62,375 bases of DNA from an uncultured Verrucomicrobiota bacterium (GTDB taxonomy: Bacteria; Verrucomicrobiota; Verrucomicrobiia; Chthoniobacterales; SZAS-18). Of this stretch, positions 38,274-48,081 are shown piece by piece. How positions within the stretch are numbered: position 1 is the first letter of the stretch; every line of letters begins with the position of its first letter. The stretch spans positions 1 through 62,375 of the forward strand of contig CAZZYS010000002.1 of NCBI GenBank assembly GCA_964658285.1. The letters run 5' to 3'. Position numbers and translations under genes: made by a program. The notes beneath the pieces are model-generated. The model was not told the DNA's origin and did not search any database. It saw nothing but the letters and a program-made list of their open reading frames with translations.

Positions 38274-40070
38274 ATGTTACGCAACCGCATCCTGCTCGGA
38301 GTCGCGCCGCTCATCATCCTGCTGATGGTGGTCGGTGGCTATGCCGTCTGGCTGTTCGTGCGCCTGGGGGGTGCCGTCAACACGACGCTGCACGAGAACT
38401 ACACCAGCATCGTGGCGATGCGCGACCTCCGGGAGCACGCGTTGCGCATCGATCAGGCCCTACTCGCCTACCATGCGAAAACCGCCACGCTGCCGCAGAC
38501 GCAGTCGACCCTCGAACAACAGGCGGCCCTCTGCCGCAGCAACGTGGAAGCGGAACTGGCGATCATCACCGAGCCCGGCGAACGCCTGGCCGCCGACCAG
38601 TTGGAAACGCGCAACGAGGCGTTCCTGACCGCCGCGACCGCCGCCCTCTCGCCGGACGCCGACACCGAGGCGGGCGTCACACCCACGCTGGGCAAACTGC
38701 TCGAAGCGGCCTCGGCCATCCTCGGTATCAACGAGAATGCCATGACGCAAAAGGATCACCGGGCGCGTGACACCGCCCGCCAATCCACCCGCATCATGCT
38801 CCTGGCCATCGCCGCGGCGGTCCCGCTGGGCCTCTACTTTGCTTACCGGCTCAGCGGCGTCGTCCTGCGGCCGATCCAGCGGTTGACCGAATCCGCCCGC
38901 GAACTCGGGGAAGGCAATCTCGACCAGGTGCTGCCCGTCAGCAGCCAGGACGAACTCGGGCAACTGGCCGGAGCTTTCAATAAAATGGCGGGCAAGTTGC
39001 GCGCCTACCGGCAGACGACCAGTGACGAACTCGTCCACGCCCGGCAAGCGACGGAGATCGTGTTCGCGGCGCTGCTCGATCCGATCATCATCTTCTCGGC
39101 GGACGGCAAGATCGCCTACCAGAACCCCGCCTCCGAACGCCTCCGCAAGAAGCTCGCCGGCACGGAGACGACGCTGCCCGTCGTGCCGCTGGCGATGAAA
39201 GTCATTCAGGGCGGCGGCGACTACTTGCCCGAGAGTTTCGACCAGTCGATCTGCGTGCGCGTAGACGACCGGGAGAAGTTCCTGCTGCCGCGCGTGATCG
39301 GCCTCCAGGACGGCGGGGCAGGGGCGGTGGTCATCCTCCACGACATCACCCGTTTCCGTCTGCTGGACGACGTGAAGACCAATCTCGTCGCCACGGTCAG
39401 CCACGAACTCAAGACGCCGCTGACCAGCATCCGCATGGCGGTGTATCTGTTGCTGGAGGAGCGCATCGGCGCGCTCAATCCCAAGCAAACCGAACTCCTC
39501 ATCGCCTCGCGCGACGACGCCGAACGGCTCCTCGACCTCATCAACAATCTGCTCGACCTCGCCAAGCTGGAAAGCGGCGCTTCGGTCAGCGAGCGGCGCG
39601 CCCAGGACCCGCAGGAACTCGTGCGTCAAGCGCTGGACGCGTCCCGGGAAGTGGCCTCCGCCGCCGGGGCACAACTGGTGATGCAAATCGCGTCCAACCT
39701 GCCCCCCGTGGCGGTCTCCGTCGATCAGCTTCGCCACGTGTTTTCCAACCTCGTTTCCAACGCGGCCAAACACTCACCGCCGGGTGAGGAAATCGTGCTG
39801 GCGGCGCGCACCGAGGATGACGGGCGGTCCGTGCGTTTCAGCGTGACTGACCGCGGCCCCGGCATCCCGCCGGCCGAGCGCGAGCGTGTCTTCGAGAAGT
39901 TTTACCGCCTGCCGGGCGAGCCGAGGGAAGGCGCGGGACTCGGTCTGGCGATCTGCCGGGAGATCGTCCGTTCGCACGACGGGCAGATCGGGGTCGTTCC
40001 TGCCCAGGGCGGCCGGGGCAGCGAGTTTTTCTTCACCTTACCCGTCGCCGGGTCCGTGGCGACAACTTGA
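38274..40070 (+). CDS. sensor histidine kinase (KinB-like: periplasmic domain, HAMP, PAS, HisKA, HATPase)
   Basis: Two TMs, DELGQLAGAFNKM, VSHELKTPLTSI, NLVSNAAKH, DRGPGI, GLGLAI. Confidence 0.93.
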   Translation: MLRNRILLGVAPLIILLMVVGGYAVWLFVRLGGAVNTTLHENYTSIVAMRDLREHALRIDQALLAYHAKTATLPQTQSTLEQQAALCRSNVEAELAIITEPGERLAADQLETRNEAFLTAATAALSPDADTEAGVTPTLGKLLEAASAILGINENAMTQKDHRARDTARQSTRIMLLAIAAAVPLGLYFAYRLSGVVLRPIQRLTESARELGEGNLDQVLPVSSQDELGQLAGAFNKMAGKLRAYRQTTSDELVHARQATEIVFAALLDPIIIFSADGKIAYQNPASERLRKKLAGTETTLPVVPLAMKVIQGGGDYLPESFDQSICVRVDDREKFLLPRVIGLQDGGAGAVVILHDITRFRLLDDVKTNLVATVSHELKTPLTSIRMAVYLLLEERIGALNPKQTELLIASRDDAERLLDLINNLLDLAKLESGASVSERRAQDPQELVRQALDASREVASAAGAQLVMQIASNLPPVAVSVDQLRHVFSNLVSNAAKHSPPGEEIVLAARTEDDGRSVRFSVTDRGPGIPPAERERVFEKFYRLPGEPREGAGLGLAICREIVRSHDGQIGVVPAQGGRGSEFFFTLPVAGSVATT

Positions 40071-40081
40071 CCCATTTCGAT

Positions 40082-40774
40082 ATGAACAGCGGCAAGATTT
40101 TTCTGATCGACGACGAGCGGACCATCCGGCTGACCTTCCGTCTGGCGCTCGAAACCGATGGTTACGACGTGCAGGAGGCAGCGTCCGCCGACGAGGCGAT
40201 GATGGGCTTCCAGACGGAGGCGTATGATCTCGTGGTGCTCGACCTGCGCCTGGGTGAGGACAGCGGCCTGGACGTGCTCACGGAGATGCGCCGGCGTGGC
40301 GTGAGGACGCCGACCCTGATGATCACGGCGTACGGCAGCATTCGCAACGCCGTCCGCGCGATGCAGCTCGGAGCCATCGATTTTCTCGAAAAACCCATCG
40401 AACCCACGGCGTTGCGGAAGATCGTGGCGGACATCGTGGGGCGTCACCGTCCCCGACCCGTCGATGTGGTACCCGGCAGCTTCGCGGACTGCCTGCGCGA
40501 GGCCAAACGCCTCGTCAATTTGCAGTCCTTCGATGCCGCCGCCGAAAAGATCGCCGAGGCACTGCGCCTCGACGAGAAATCACCGGAAGCCCATAACCTG
40601 CGCGGCGTGTTGCACGAGATCAGCGGAGACCTCGACGGGGCCAAGAAAGCGTACGGGCGCGCGATCAAACTCGACTCGCGCCACGAGGCGGCCCAGCAAA
40701 ACATGCGGCGCATCTTCGAGTTGTTCAACTTCGGGCGCAGCGAGGAACCCCTCCATCTCGGAGACCACCGGTAA
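40082..40774 (+). CDS. response regulator with C-terminal TPR
   Basis: LIDDE, LDL, ITAYG, EKP; TPR-like EAHNLRGVLHE...AKKAYGRAIKLD. Confidence 0.88.
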   Translation: MNSGKIFLIDDERTIRLTFRLALETDGYDVQEAASADEAMMGFQTEAYDLVVLDLRLGEDSGLDVLTEMRRRGVRTPTLMITAYGSIRNAVRAMQLGAIDFLEKPIEPTALRKIVADIVGRHRPRPVDVVPGSFADCLREAKRLVNLQSFDAAAEKIAEALRLDEKSPEAHNLRGVLHEISGDLDGAKKAYGRAIKLDSRHEAAQQNMRRIFELFNFGRSEEPLHLGDHR

Positions 40775-40852
40775 ATGCTCGCGAACCACGAACGGCACCG
40801 GCTGCGGACCTCGCAGGCCACCCGGGTGCAACCCCTTGCGGAAATCTCTCCT

Positions 40853-42190
40853 ATGACCAAAACCCGTCACTCGTCACCCTCGAAAACCTTCCAACGCCTG
40901 CGGGGCTTCACCGGCACGCTGGCTGTAGCGGCATCCCTCGGACATGCTCCGGCGCTCTTCGCGGGCGACACCGCCACCGCGCCGGACGGCAAAGACAAGA
41001 AGGCGGTCGTCGAGAAGAAGTCGGACGCGCGCGTCAAGTTCTCGTACCTGCTGGAAACCGGCGTGTCCGCCAGCACCGGCGCGCCGGGCGACAACCAGCT
41101 TTTTGGCCGCCTCTTCGATGACCGCAACGCTGAGCCGCTGCTCAACCAGGCGACGTTCACCGTCGAGCGGGCCCTGGCCCCCGAGCCGGGCAAGTTCGAT
41201 TACGGCTTCAAGTTCCAGGCGCTCTACGGCAGCGACGCGCGCTACCTCAACCCCACGGGCGAGTTCGAGAACATCACCCACGACCGGAACAACGTGGCCA
41301 TCGTCGAAGCCTACGGCAACCTGCACTTCCCGATCCTGACTTCCGGCGGCGTGGACCTGAAGCTGGGGCAGTTCGCCAGCCCGCAGTCCGTCGAGACGAT
41401 CTACCCGACCGGCAACACGTTCTACTCGCACAGCTACATCTTTAACTTCGGCGTGCCGTTTCAACACCTCGGCGGCGTGGCGACGCTGCACGTCAACAAA
41501 TACCTCGACATCTACGGCGGCGTGGTGCGCGGAGCGAACGTCGGCCTGCTCGACGATCCGAACGATGTGCCCAGCGGCATCGCCGGTTTCACGCTGACGC
41601 TGCTCGAAGGCAAGGTCGTGCTGGCGGGCAACACCTCGGTCGGACCGGAGAACCCGAACGTCTTCCAGAACGTGCCCGTTCTCAAGGGCAACGGCAGCCT
41701 CGGCACCATCGATACCAACGCCGCGCTGCGTTACTACAACAACGTGAACCTCACCTGGAAGATCACGGATGCCCTCACCTCGCTGACGGATACCGCCTAC
41801 CTGCAGGACGACGGCTTGCGCGCGCAAGCGTACGGCATCTCGCAGACCTTCGCCTACCAGGTTAACAAATACGTGACCGCGTCCGCGCGCGGTGAAATCT
41901 TCCGGGACGACGACAACGCGTTCGTCTTTCAATTCGCCGCCAACGACGACTACGACAACGCCGAGCGCGGCATCCTCCAGCACATCGATCCGCGCACGGT
42001 GAGCGCGCCCGGCATCAGGGGCACGACCTACACGGAGTTGACCTTCGGCGTGCAGGTCAAGCCGGTGGACCATCTGCTCATCCGTCCCGAGCTGCGCTAC
42101 GACCAGGCCATCGGTGGCTCGGGACCGTTCACCGACTCGACGCAGCACCACCAATTCACCGGCGGCATCGATGTCGTCGTCACCTTCTAA
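40853..42190 (+). CDS. outer-membrane beta-barrel porin-like protein (BBP2/DUF1597-like)
   Basis: Signal peptide, DGKDKK linker, YSHSYIF, IRPELRYD, C-terminal Phe (VVVTF). Confidence 0.8.
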   Translation: MTKTRHSSPSKTFQRLRGFTGTLAVAASLGHAPALFAGDTATAPDGKDKKAVVEKKSDARVKFSYLLETGVSASTGAPGDNQLFGRLFDDRNAEPLLNQATFTVERALAPEPGKFDYGFKFQALYGSDARYLNPTGEFENITHDRNNVAIVEAYGNLHFPILTSGGVDLKLGQFASPQSVETIYPTGNTFYSHSYIFNFGVPFQHLGGVATLHVNKYLDIYGGVVRGANVGLLDDPNDVPSGIAGFTLTLLEGKVVLAGNTSVGPENPNVFQNVPVLKGNGSLGTIDTNAALRYYNNVNLTWKITDALTSLTDTAYLQDDGLRAQAYGISQTFAYQVNKYVTASARGEIFRDDDNAFVFQFAANDDYDNAERGILQHIDPRTVSAPGIRGTTYTELTFGVQVKPVDHLLIRPELRYDQAIGGSGPFTDSTQHHQFTGGIDVVVTF

Positions 42191-42240
42191 GCTCGATTCC
42201 TCACAAGCTCAAATCGACTCACCTCAACGCTGTTACTATC

Positions 42241-42324
42241 ATGCTCGATCTCATCTACGTCTTGGCCGCCGTCGGCTTTTTCTTCGGCTCCATCGCTTAC
42301 GCCTACTGGTGCGGCAAAATCTGA
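42241..42324 (+). CDS. 27-aa hydrophobic peptide upstream of kdpF
   Basis: Read manually: MLDLIYVLAAVGFFFGSIAYAYWCGKI*; single TM helix. Confidence 0.7.
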   Translation: MLDLIYVLAAVGFFFGSIAYAYWCGKI

Positions 42325-42357
42325 ACTTCCTTACTCCAAACTATCTTACTTACTTCT

Positions 42358-42441
42358 ATGGGAACTATCGTCATCGGCGTCATCGCCAGCTTGCTCCTCG
42401 TCTATCTTTTCGCCACCATGATCTACCCGGAGAAATTCTGA
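42358..42441 (+). CDS. kdpF: potassium-transporting ATPase subunit F
   Basis: Read manually: MGTIVIGVIASLLLVYLFATMIYPEKF*, with the YL....PEKF signature, directly before kdpA. Confidence 0.92.
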   Translation: MGTIVIGVIASLLLVYLFATMIYPEKF

Positions 42442-42480
42442 TCCGCCCAGTAGATACCACGATCCTCTATTTCTGAATTT

Positions 42481-44322
42481 ATGAACGCATCCGGTTGGAT
42501 TCAACTTGCCCTCTACGTGGGCATTCTTCTGCTCATCACCAAGCCGCTCGGCGTCTACCTCTATCAGGTGCTCGACGGCAAGAACACCTTCGCCGAGCCG
42601 CTGCTCGGTCCGGCCGAACGCCTCACCTACCGGTTGTTGCGGGTTGACCCGCGCCGCGAACAAAACTGGAAGCAGTACGCGGCGGCGACCTTGCTTTTCA
42701 GCCTGGTGACGATGCTGTTCACCTATGTCGTCCTGCGCTTGCAGGATTACCTGCCGTTCCACGGCATCATCGATGGTCTTTCCAACAAGACGCCGATCAC
42801 GCCGGACCTGGCGTTCAACACGGCGGCTAGCTTCACGACCAACACGAACTGGCAGGCGTACTCCGGCGAGAACACGATGTCGTATTTCTCGCAGATGGTT
42901 GCTTTGGCCAGCCATAACTTCTGGTCGGCGGCGTTGGGCATCGCGGTGGCGGCGGCGTTGGTGCGTGGCATCGCGCGGCACGAGTCCGGCACCGTGGGCA
43001 ACTTCTGGGTGGACCTCGTGCGCCTGCACTACTATGTGCTGCTGCCGATCTGCATCATCTACGCGTTGTTCCTGATCTCGCAGGGCATCCCTCAGAATTT
43101 CAAGTCCTACGAGAGTGCGCAACTCACCGAGAAGCAAACGATCCAGGTCCCCAAGACCGACGCGAGCAACAACCCGGTCAAGGACGCGGCGGGCAACGTG
43201 GTGCTCGTGGATCAGGCCGTCGAGACCCAAAGCATCGTGGAGGGGCCGATAGCCTCGCAGATGGCCATCAAGATGCTCGGCACGAACGGCGGCGGCTTCG
43301 TCAACGCCAACGCCGCGCATCCCTTCGAGAATCCGACCCCGCTTTCCAACTTCCTGCAAATGCTCTCGATTTTTGCTATCCCGAGCGCTTTGACCTACTA
43401 CCTGGGTCGCGCGGTGAAAAACCAGAAGCACGGCTGGGCCGTCTGGGGCGCGATGGCGGCCATCTTCCTGGTCGGTGTCGTCACCTGCTGGAAGGCGGAA
43501 GCCGACGGCAATCCGAACCTATACAAAAACGGGGTGGTGCAGACCGACGGCAACATGGAGGGCAAGGAAGTGCGCTTTGGCGTGTTTAATTCCGCCCTGT
43601 TCGCCACGGTGACCACGGACGCCTCCTGCGGCGCGGTCAACGCCATGCACGACAGCTTCACGCCCATCGGCGGGTTGGTTCCGTTATTTAACATCCAACT
43701 CGGCGAAATCGTCTTCGGCGGCGTCGGCGCGGGCCTCTACGGGATGTTAATCTTTGTCTTGCTCGCTGTCTTCATCGCCGGTCTGATGGTTGGCCGCACC
43801 CCCGAATACCTGGGCAAGAAAATCCAGGCGTTCGAGGTGAAGATGAGCGGCCTGGTCGTCCTCGTGCTCACATTGTCGATCCTCGGCTTCGCGGCCTGGG
43901 CGGCGGGGGCGAACAACTTCGGCGCGCCGGACCCGGTCACGAACGCGCTGACCAACGGCACCAACAACAACGGGCCTCACGGCTTCAGCGAAATCCTCTA
44001 TGCCTTTTCCTCGGCGACCGGCAACAACGGCAGCGCCTTCGCGGGCGTCAGCGCCAACACGCCCTGGTACAACACGACGCTCGCCCTGGCGATGCTCATC
44101 GGGCGGTTCTTCATGATCGTGCCCATCATGGCCATCGCCGGGTCACTGGCGGCGAAGAAACTGACCCCCGCCGGTCCGGGCAGCTACCCGGTGGACGGCT
44201 GGACGTTCATCATCCTGCTCATCGGCACGGTGCTGCTCATCGGCGCGCTCAACTTCCTGCCCGCGCTCGCGCTCGGCCCGGTCGTCGAACATTTCCTCAT
44301 GCACACCGGCACCCTTTTCTGA
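42481..44322 (+). CDS. kdpA: potassium-transporting ATPase subunit A
   Basis: Canonical filter motifs TNTNWQ, TNGGG, SCGAV, NNGSAF. Confidence 0.97.
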   Translation: MNASGWIQLALYVGILLLITKPLGVYLYQVLDGKNTFAEPLLGPAERLTYRLLRVDPRREQNWKQYAAATLLFSLVTMLFTYVVLRLQDYLPFHGIIDGLSNKTPITPDLAFNTAASFTTNTNWQAYSGENTMSYFSQMVALASHNFWSAALGIAVAAALVRGIARHESGTVGNFWVDLVRLHYYVLLPICIIYALFLISQGIPQNFKSYESAQLTEKQTIQVPKTDASNNPVKDAAGNVVLVDQAVETQSIVEGPIASQMAIKMLGTNGGGFVNANAAHPFENPTPLSNFLQMLSIFAIPSALTYYLGRAVKNQKHGWAVWGAMAAIFLVGVVTCWKAEADGNPNLYKNGVVQTDGNMEGKEVRFGVFNSALFATVTTDASCGAVNAMHDSFTPIGGLVPLFNIQLGEIVFGGVGAGLYGMLIFVLLAVFIAGLMVGRTPEYLGKKIQAFEVKMSGLVVLVLTLSILGFAAWAAGANNFGAPDPVTNALTNGTNNNGPHGFSEILYAFSSATGNNGSAFAGVSANTPWYNTTLALAMLIGRFFMIVPIMAIAGSLAAKKLTPAGPGSYPVDGWTFIILLIGTVLLIGALNFLPALALGPVVEHFLMHTGTLF

Positions 44323-44364
44323 GCGCCGTCATCCTTCTTCTCTCATCCTTCATCCTTTCTTTCT

Positions 44365-46383
44365 ATGGCTGCTCAATCCCGTTCCATCTTCGATCCTAAG
44401 ATCATCGCTCCCGCCATCGGGGACGCTTTCAAAAAACTCAATCCCGTCACGATGGTGCGCAACCCCGTGATGTTCGTCACGGAGGTCGGCGCGCTCGTCA
44501 CGACCATCGAGGTTTTCGCGTCGCACGAGAGCAAGGCGTTCACCGGCCAGATCAGCGTCTGGCTGTGGTTCACCGTGCTCTTCGCCAACTTCGCCGAGGC
44601 GATGGCCGAGGGCCGCGGCAAGGCGCAGGCGAACACCCTCCGCGCCAGCCGTACCCAGACTACCGCCAACCGGCTGCGCGACAACGGCAAGACCGAGCAG
44701 GTCTCCGCCGACCAGCTCCGCAAGGGCGACGTGGTGCTCATCGTCGCGGGGGAGGCGATCCCCGGCGACGGTGAAATCATCCAGGGTGCCGCCACCGTGG
44801 ACGAAAGCGCCATCACCGGCGAGAGCGCCCCGGTCATCCGCGAGGCGGGCGGCGACCGGTCCAGCGTCACCGGCGGTACGCGCGTGCTCAGCGACGAGAT
44901 CAAGGTCCGCATCTCGGCCAACCCGGGCGAGAGTTTCCTCGACCGCATGATCGGTCTCGTCGAAGGCGCGAAACGCCAGAAGACGCCCAACGAAATCGCG
45001 CTGACGATTCTGCTCTCGGCGCTGACGATCATCTTCCTGCTCGTGTGCATGACGCTGCTGCCCTTCGGCAAGTTCTCCGGGGTAGATTTCTCGCCCACGG
45101 TGCTCATCGCGTTGCTCGTGTGTTTGATCCCGACGACCATCGGCGGACTGTTGAGCGCCATCGGCATCGCGGGCATCGACCGCCTCGTGCAAAAGAACGT
45201 GCTCGCCATGAGCGGGCGCGCGGTGGAGGCGGCGGGCGACGTGGACGTGCTCTTGCTCGACAAGACCGGCACCATTACTCTCGGCAACCGGCAGGCCGTC
45301 GAGTTCATCGCCGCCCCCGGGGTGACCGCGCACGAACTCGCTGACGCCGCGCAGCTTTCCAGCCTCGCGGACGAGACGCCGGAAGGCCGTTCCATCGTCG
45401 TGCTGGCCAAGCAGCAGGAAGGCATTCGCGGACGAGACCTCGCGCAGTTGCCCAACGCCGAGTTCATCCCGTTCACCGCGCAAACGCGCATGAGCGGGGT
45501 GGACCTCGACGGGCAGAGCTACCGCAAGGGCGCGGCGGACAGCGTGCGCACCTACGTCGGCGGCACGTTCTCGCCCGAGATCGACGCCGCCGTCACGTCT
45601 ATTTCCAGCAAGGGCGGCACGCCCCTGGTCGTGGCGACGAAGGAAAAGGCGCTGGGCGTCATCTACCTGAAGGACATCGTCAAGGGTGGGTTAGCCGACC
45701 GGTTCGAGCGGTTCCGCGCGATGGGGATCAAGACCGTCATGATTACCGGCGATAATCCGCTCACCGCCGCCGCCATCGCCAAGGAAGCGGGCGTGGACGA
45801 TTTCCTCGCGCAAGCGACGCCCGAGGACAAGCTCGCCTACATCCGCCGCGAGCAGACCGGTGGGAAGCTCGTTGCCATGACCGGCGACGGCACCAACGAT
45901 GCCCCCGCGCTGGCACAGGCCGACGTGGGCGTGGCCATGAACACCGGCACGCAGGCAGCCAAGGAAGCGGGCAACATGGTGGACTTGGATTCCAACCCGA
46001 CCAAGCTCATCGAGGTGGTGGAGATCGGCAAGCAACTGCTCATGACTCGCGGTGCCTTGACGACATTTTCCATCGCCAATGACGTGGCCAAGTATTTTGC
46101 CATCATCCCGGCCATGCTGTTGCTGGCGTTCCCGGCCATCGCGCCGCTGAACATCATGCATCTGGCGAGTCCCAGCTCCGCGATCCTGAGCGCGGTGATT
46201 TTCAACGCGGTGGTCATCATCGCGCTGATCCCGCTGGCCCTGCGCGGGGTGCGTTTCCGTGCGCTCGGCGCGGATGTGCTCCTGCGCCGCAACCTGCTCA
46301 TCTACGGGTTGGGCGGGATCATCGTGCCGTTCATCGGCATCAAGGTCATCGACGTGGTCGTGTCCGGCCTGCACTTGGTTTGA
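44365..46383 (+). CDS. kdpB: potassium-transporting ATPase subunit B
   Basis: [40 protein letters not shown]. Confidence 0.98.
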   Translation: MAAQSRSIFDPKIIAPAIGDAFKKLNPVTMVRNPVMFVTEVGALVTTIEVFASHESKAFTGQISVWLWFTVLFANFAEAMAEGRGKAQANTLRASRTQTTANRLRDNGKTEQVSADQLRKGDVVLIVAGEAIPGDGEIIQGAATVDESAITGESAPVIREAGGDRSSVTGGTRVLSDEIKVRISANPGESFLDRMIGLVEGAKRQKTPNEIALTILLSALTIIFLLVCMTLLPFGKFSGVDFSPTVLIALLVCLIPTTIGGLLSAIGIAGIDRLVQKNVLAMSGRAVEAAGDVDVLLLDKTGTITLGNRQAVEFIAAPGVTAHELADAAQLSSLADETPEGRSIVVLAKQQEGIRGRDLAQLPNAEFIPFTAQTRMSGVDLDGQSYRKGAADSVRTYVGGTFSPEIDAAVTSISSKGGTPLVVATKEKALGVIYLKDIVKGGLADRFERFRAMGIKTVMITGDNPLTAAAIAKEAGVDDFLAQATPEDKLAYIRREQTGGKLVAMTGDGTNDAPALAQADVGVAMNTGTQAAKEAGNMVDLDSNPTKLIEVVEIGKQLLMTRGALTTFSIANDVAKYFAIIPAMLLLAFPAIAPLNIMHLASPSSAILSAVIFNAVVIIALIPLALRGVRFRALGADVLLRRNLLIYGLGGIIVPFIGIKVIDVVVSGLHLV

Positions 46384-46417
46384 TGTCATCCTGCTGCCAA
46401 CCTCTTATTCCAAACTT

Positions 46418-47182
46418 ATGAAAACCTACGATCTGACCACCAAAAGTCCCAACTCCGACAAAGGGAATCGGACCCAGACAGACCGCGCCGGGACTGGCGC
46501 GCCCGACCATTCCAAAGGCTATTCCATCTGGCAGGAAACCCTTACCTCCGTGCTGGCGACGGTGGTATTGGGCCTGATCGTCAGCGGCTTGTACCCGCTG
46601 CTGGTTTGGGGCCTGGGCCAGGGCATTTTTCATCACAAGGCCAACGGCAGTCTGATCGTCGCCGCCGACGGCACGACGGTCCTGGGCAGCGAATTGCTCG
46701 GGCAGAACTTCAGTGGAAAACAGTACTTCAATCCGCGCCCGTCCGCGGCCGGGGCGGCGGGCTATGATCCCACCGCCAGCGGCGGCACCAACCTAGGTCC
46801 GACGAGTGACAAACTCATCAATGGCCAGCACAAAAAGGACGCCGCCGGCAACGCGGTCAACGATCCGTCCAACTACGATGGCATTAAGGACCTCGTCGCC
46901 GCCTATCGCACGGCAAACGGTCTGAAAGAAACTGACCCGGTGCCCGCAGACGCCGTTACACGTTCCGGCAGCGGCCTGGACCCGCACATTTCCGTCGCCA
47001 ACGCGCAGTGGCAACTTCCGAGGGTCGCCCGCGAGCGCGGCAAGTCGGCCGACGAGGTGCGTCAATTGATGGACAAGTACACCGAGGGCCGTGACCTGGG
47101 CGTCTTCGGCGAAGCCCGCGTCAATACCGTGTTGCTCAACCTCGCGCTCGACGGGAAGCTGCCGTCCAGTGGCCAGAAGTAA
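46418..47182 (+). CDS. kdpC: potassium-transporting ATPase subunit C
   Basis: YPLLVWG, ANGS, GSELLGQ, YFNPRPSA, SGSGLDPHIS, QLPRVARER. Confidence 0.95.
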   Translation: MKTYDLTTKSPNSDKGNRTQTDRAGTGAPDHSKGYSIWQETLTSVLATVVLGLIVSGLYPLLVWGLGQGIFHHKANGSLIVAADGTTVLGSELLGQNFSGKQYFNPRPSAAGAAGYDPTASGGTNLGPTSDKLINGQHKKDAAGNAVNDPSNYDGIKDLVAAYRTANGLKETDPVPADAVTRSGSGLDPHISVANAQWQLPRVARERGKSADEVRQLMDKYTEGRDLGVFGEARVNTVLLNLALDGKLPSSGQK

Positions 47183-47216
47183 GGTGGGCGGGCCGACCCG
47201 GCGGATACCTTGTGCT

Positions 47217-47609
47217 ATGAAATCGTCCCCTCCGTCCGTCTTGCACGAGGCGATTGCTCCGACGCAGTTCCACAACCGCGAACCCGACAATCTGCTTCGC
47301 GTGGAGCAAAACAGCGAAGGTGGCGTGGTGATCTGCGCCGCCAAAGCTAACTTCGATTCGGCGCAACGGCGAACCTTTGTCCTCTATCTGAAAGCCGAGG
47401 GCTTCATTTCCAGAAAGACGCGATTAGTTGCTGGTGATAACAAAGTCGGAGCAATACCCACGGAGGGCCAAATTTTGTGGGTTCTCGACCCATGTTGGCC
47501 CTATGCCGAAGTTAAATTCAATCTGTATAGCCGCCGATTGTGCGCTCGTTTGCTATTTGGGTCGATGCTCGTCTGGCTCCTTTTCATGAGGTTCGCGGCG
47601 TTTCAATAA
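47217..47609 (+). CDS. hypothetical protein with C-terminal TM helix
   Basis: 130 aa from ATG 47217; lower GC than the flanking kdp genes. Confidence 0.5.
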   Translation: MKSSPPSVLHEAIAPTQFHNREPDNLLRVEQNSEGGVVICAAKANFDSAQRRTFVLYLKAEGFISRKTRLVAGDNKVGAIPTEGQILWVLDPCWPYAEVKFNLYSRRLCARLLFGSMLVWLLFMRFAAFQ

Positions 47610-47638
47610 TCCGAGACGGGTACACCGCGCTCCGATGA

Positions 47639-48058
47639 TTGCAGTCCTTTGTCATCAATACACATACGATGCGTTCACCGCTCTCAAGCGAAGTTACAGA
47701 CCATCGGTTTCTATCGCCCAAACGTCTGGTGATTATCGTGACCGCCGCGCTATGGATCATGTTCATCTGCGCGCTACCACTTCAAAATGCGCGTGAAGCA
47801 CGGCGACAAGCACACTTGCAACTTAATCAGGTGCTTACGGCAGGCGAACCAAGCACCGAGAATGTGGTCGCCGCATTTGACCGTGCGACCCAGGACGTGA
47901 TCGCTGCTTCGACGATGCCCTGTCTGGGCTTGGGCGTTTGTGTCATCCTTCTCGTCTATCAGCAGCTAAAGCTCAAACGCAGATACAATATTTTGGAAAA
48001 CGATCTCCGAGCCCGCCGTAATGATACTGCAACTGCTGATGAGACGGAATTTGATTGA
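47639..48058 (+). CDS. hypothetical two-TM membrane protein
   Basis: Two hydrophobic segments; stop abuts the next gene; start may be ATG 47669. Confidence 0.55.
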   Translation: MQSFVINTHTMRSPLSSEVTDHRFLSPKRLVIIVTAALWIMFICALPLQNAREARRQAHLQLNQVLTAGEPSTENVVAAFDRATQDVIAASTMPCLGLGVCVILLVYQQLKLKRRYNILENDLRARRNDTATADETEFD

Positions 48059-48081
48059 AAGCCCCGCGGCGGTTCGTGAAC

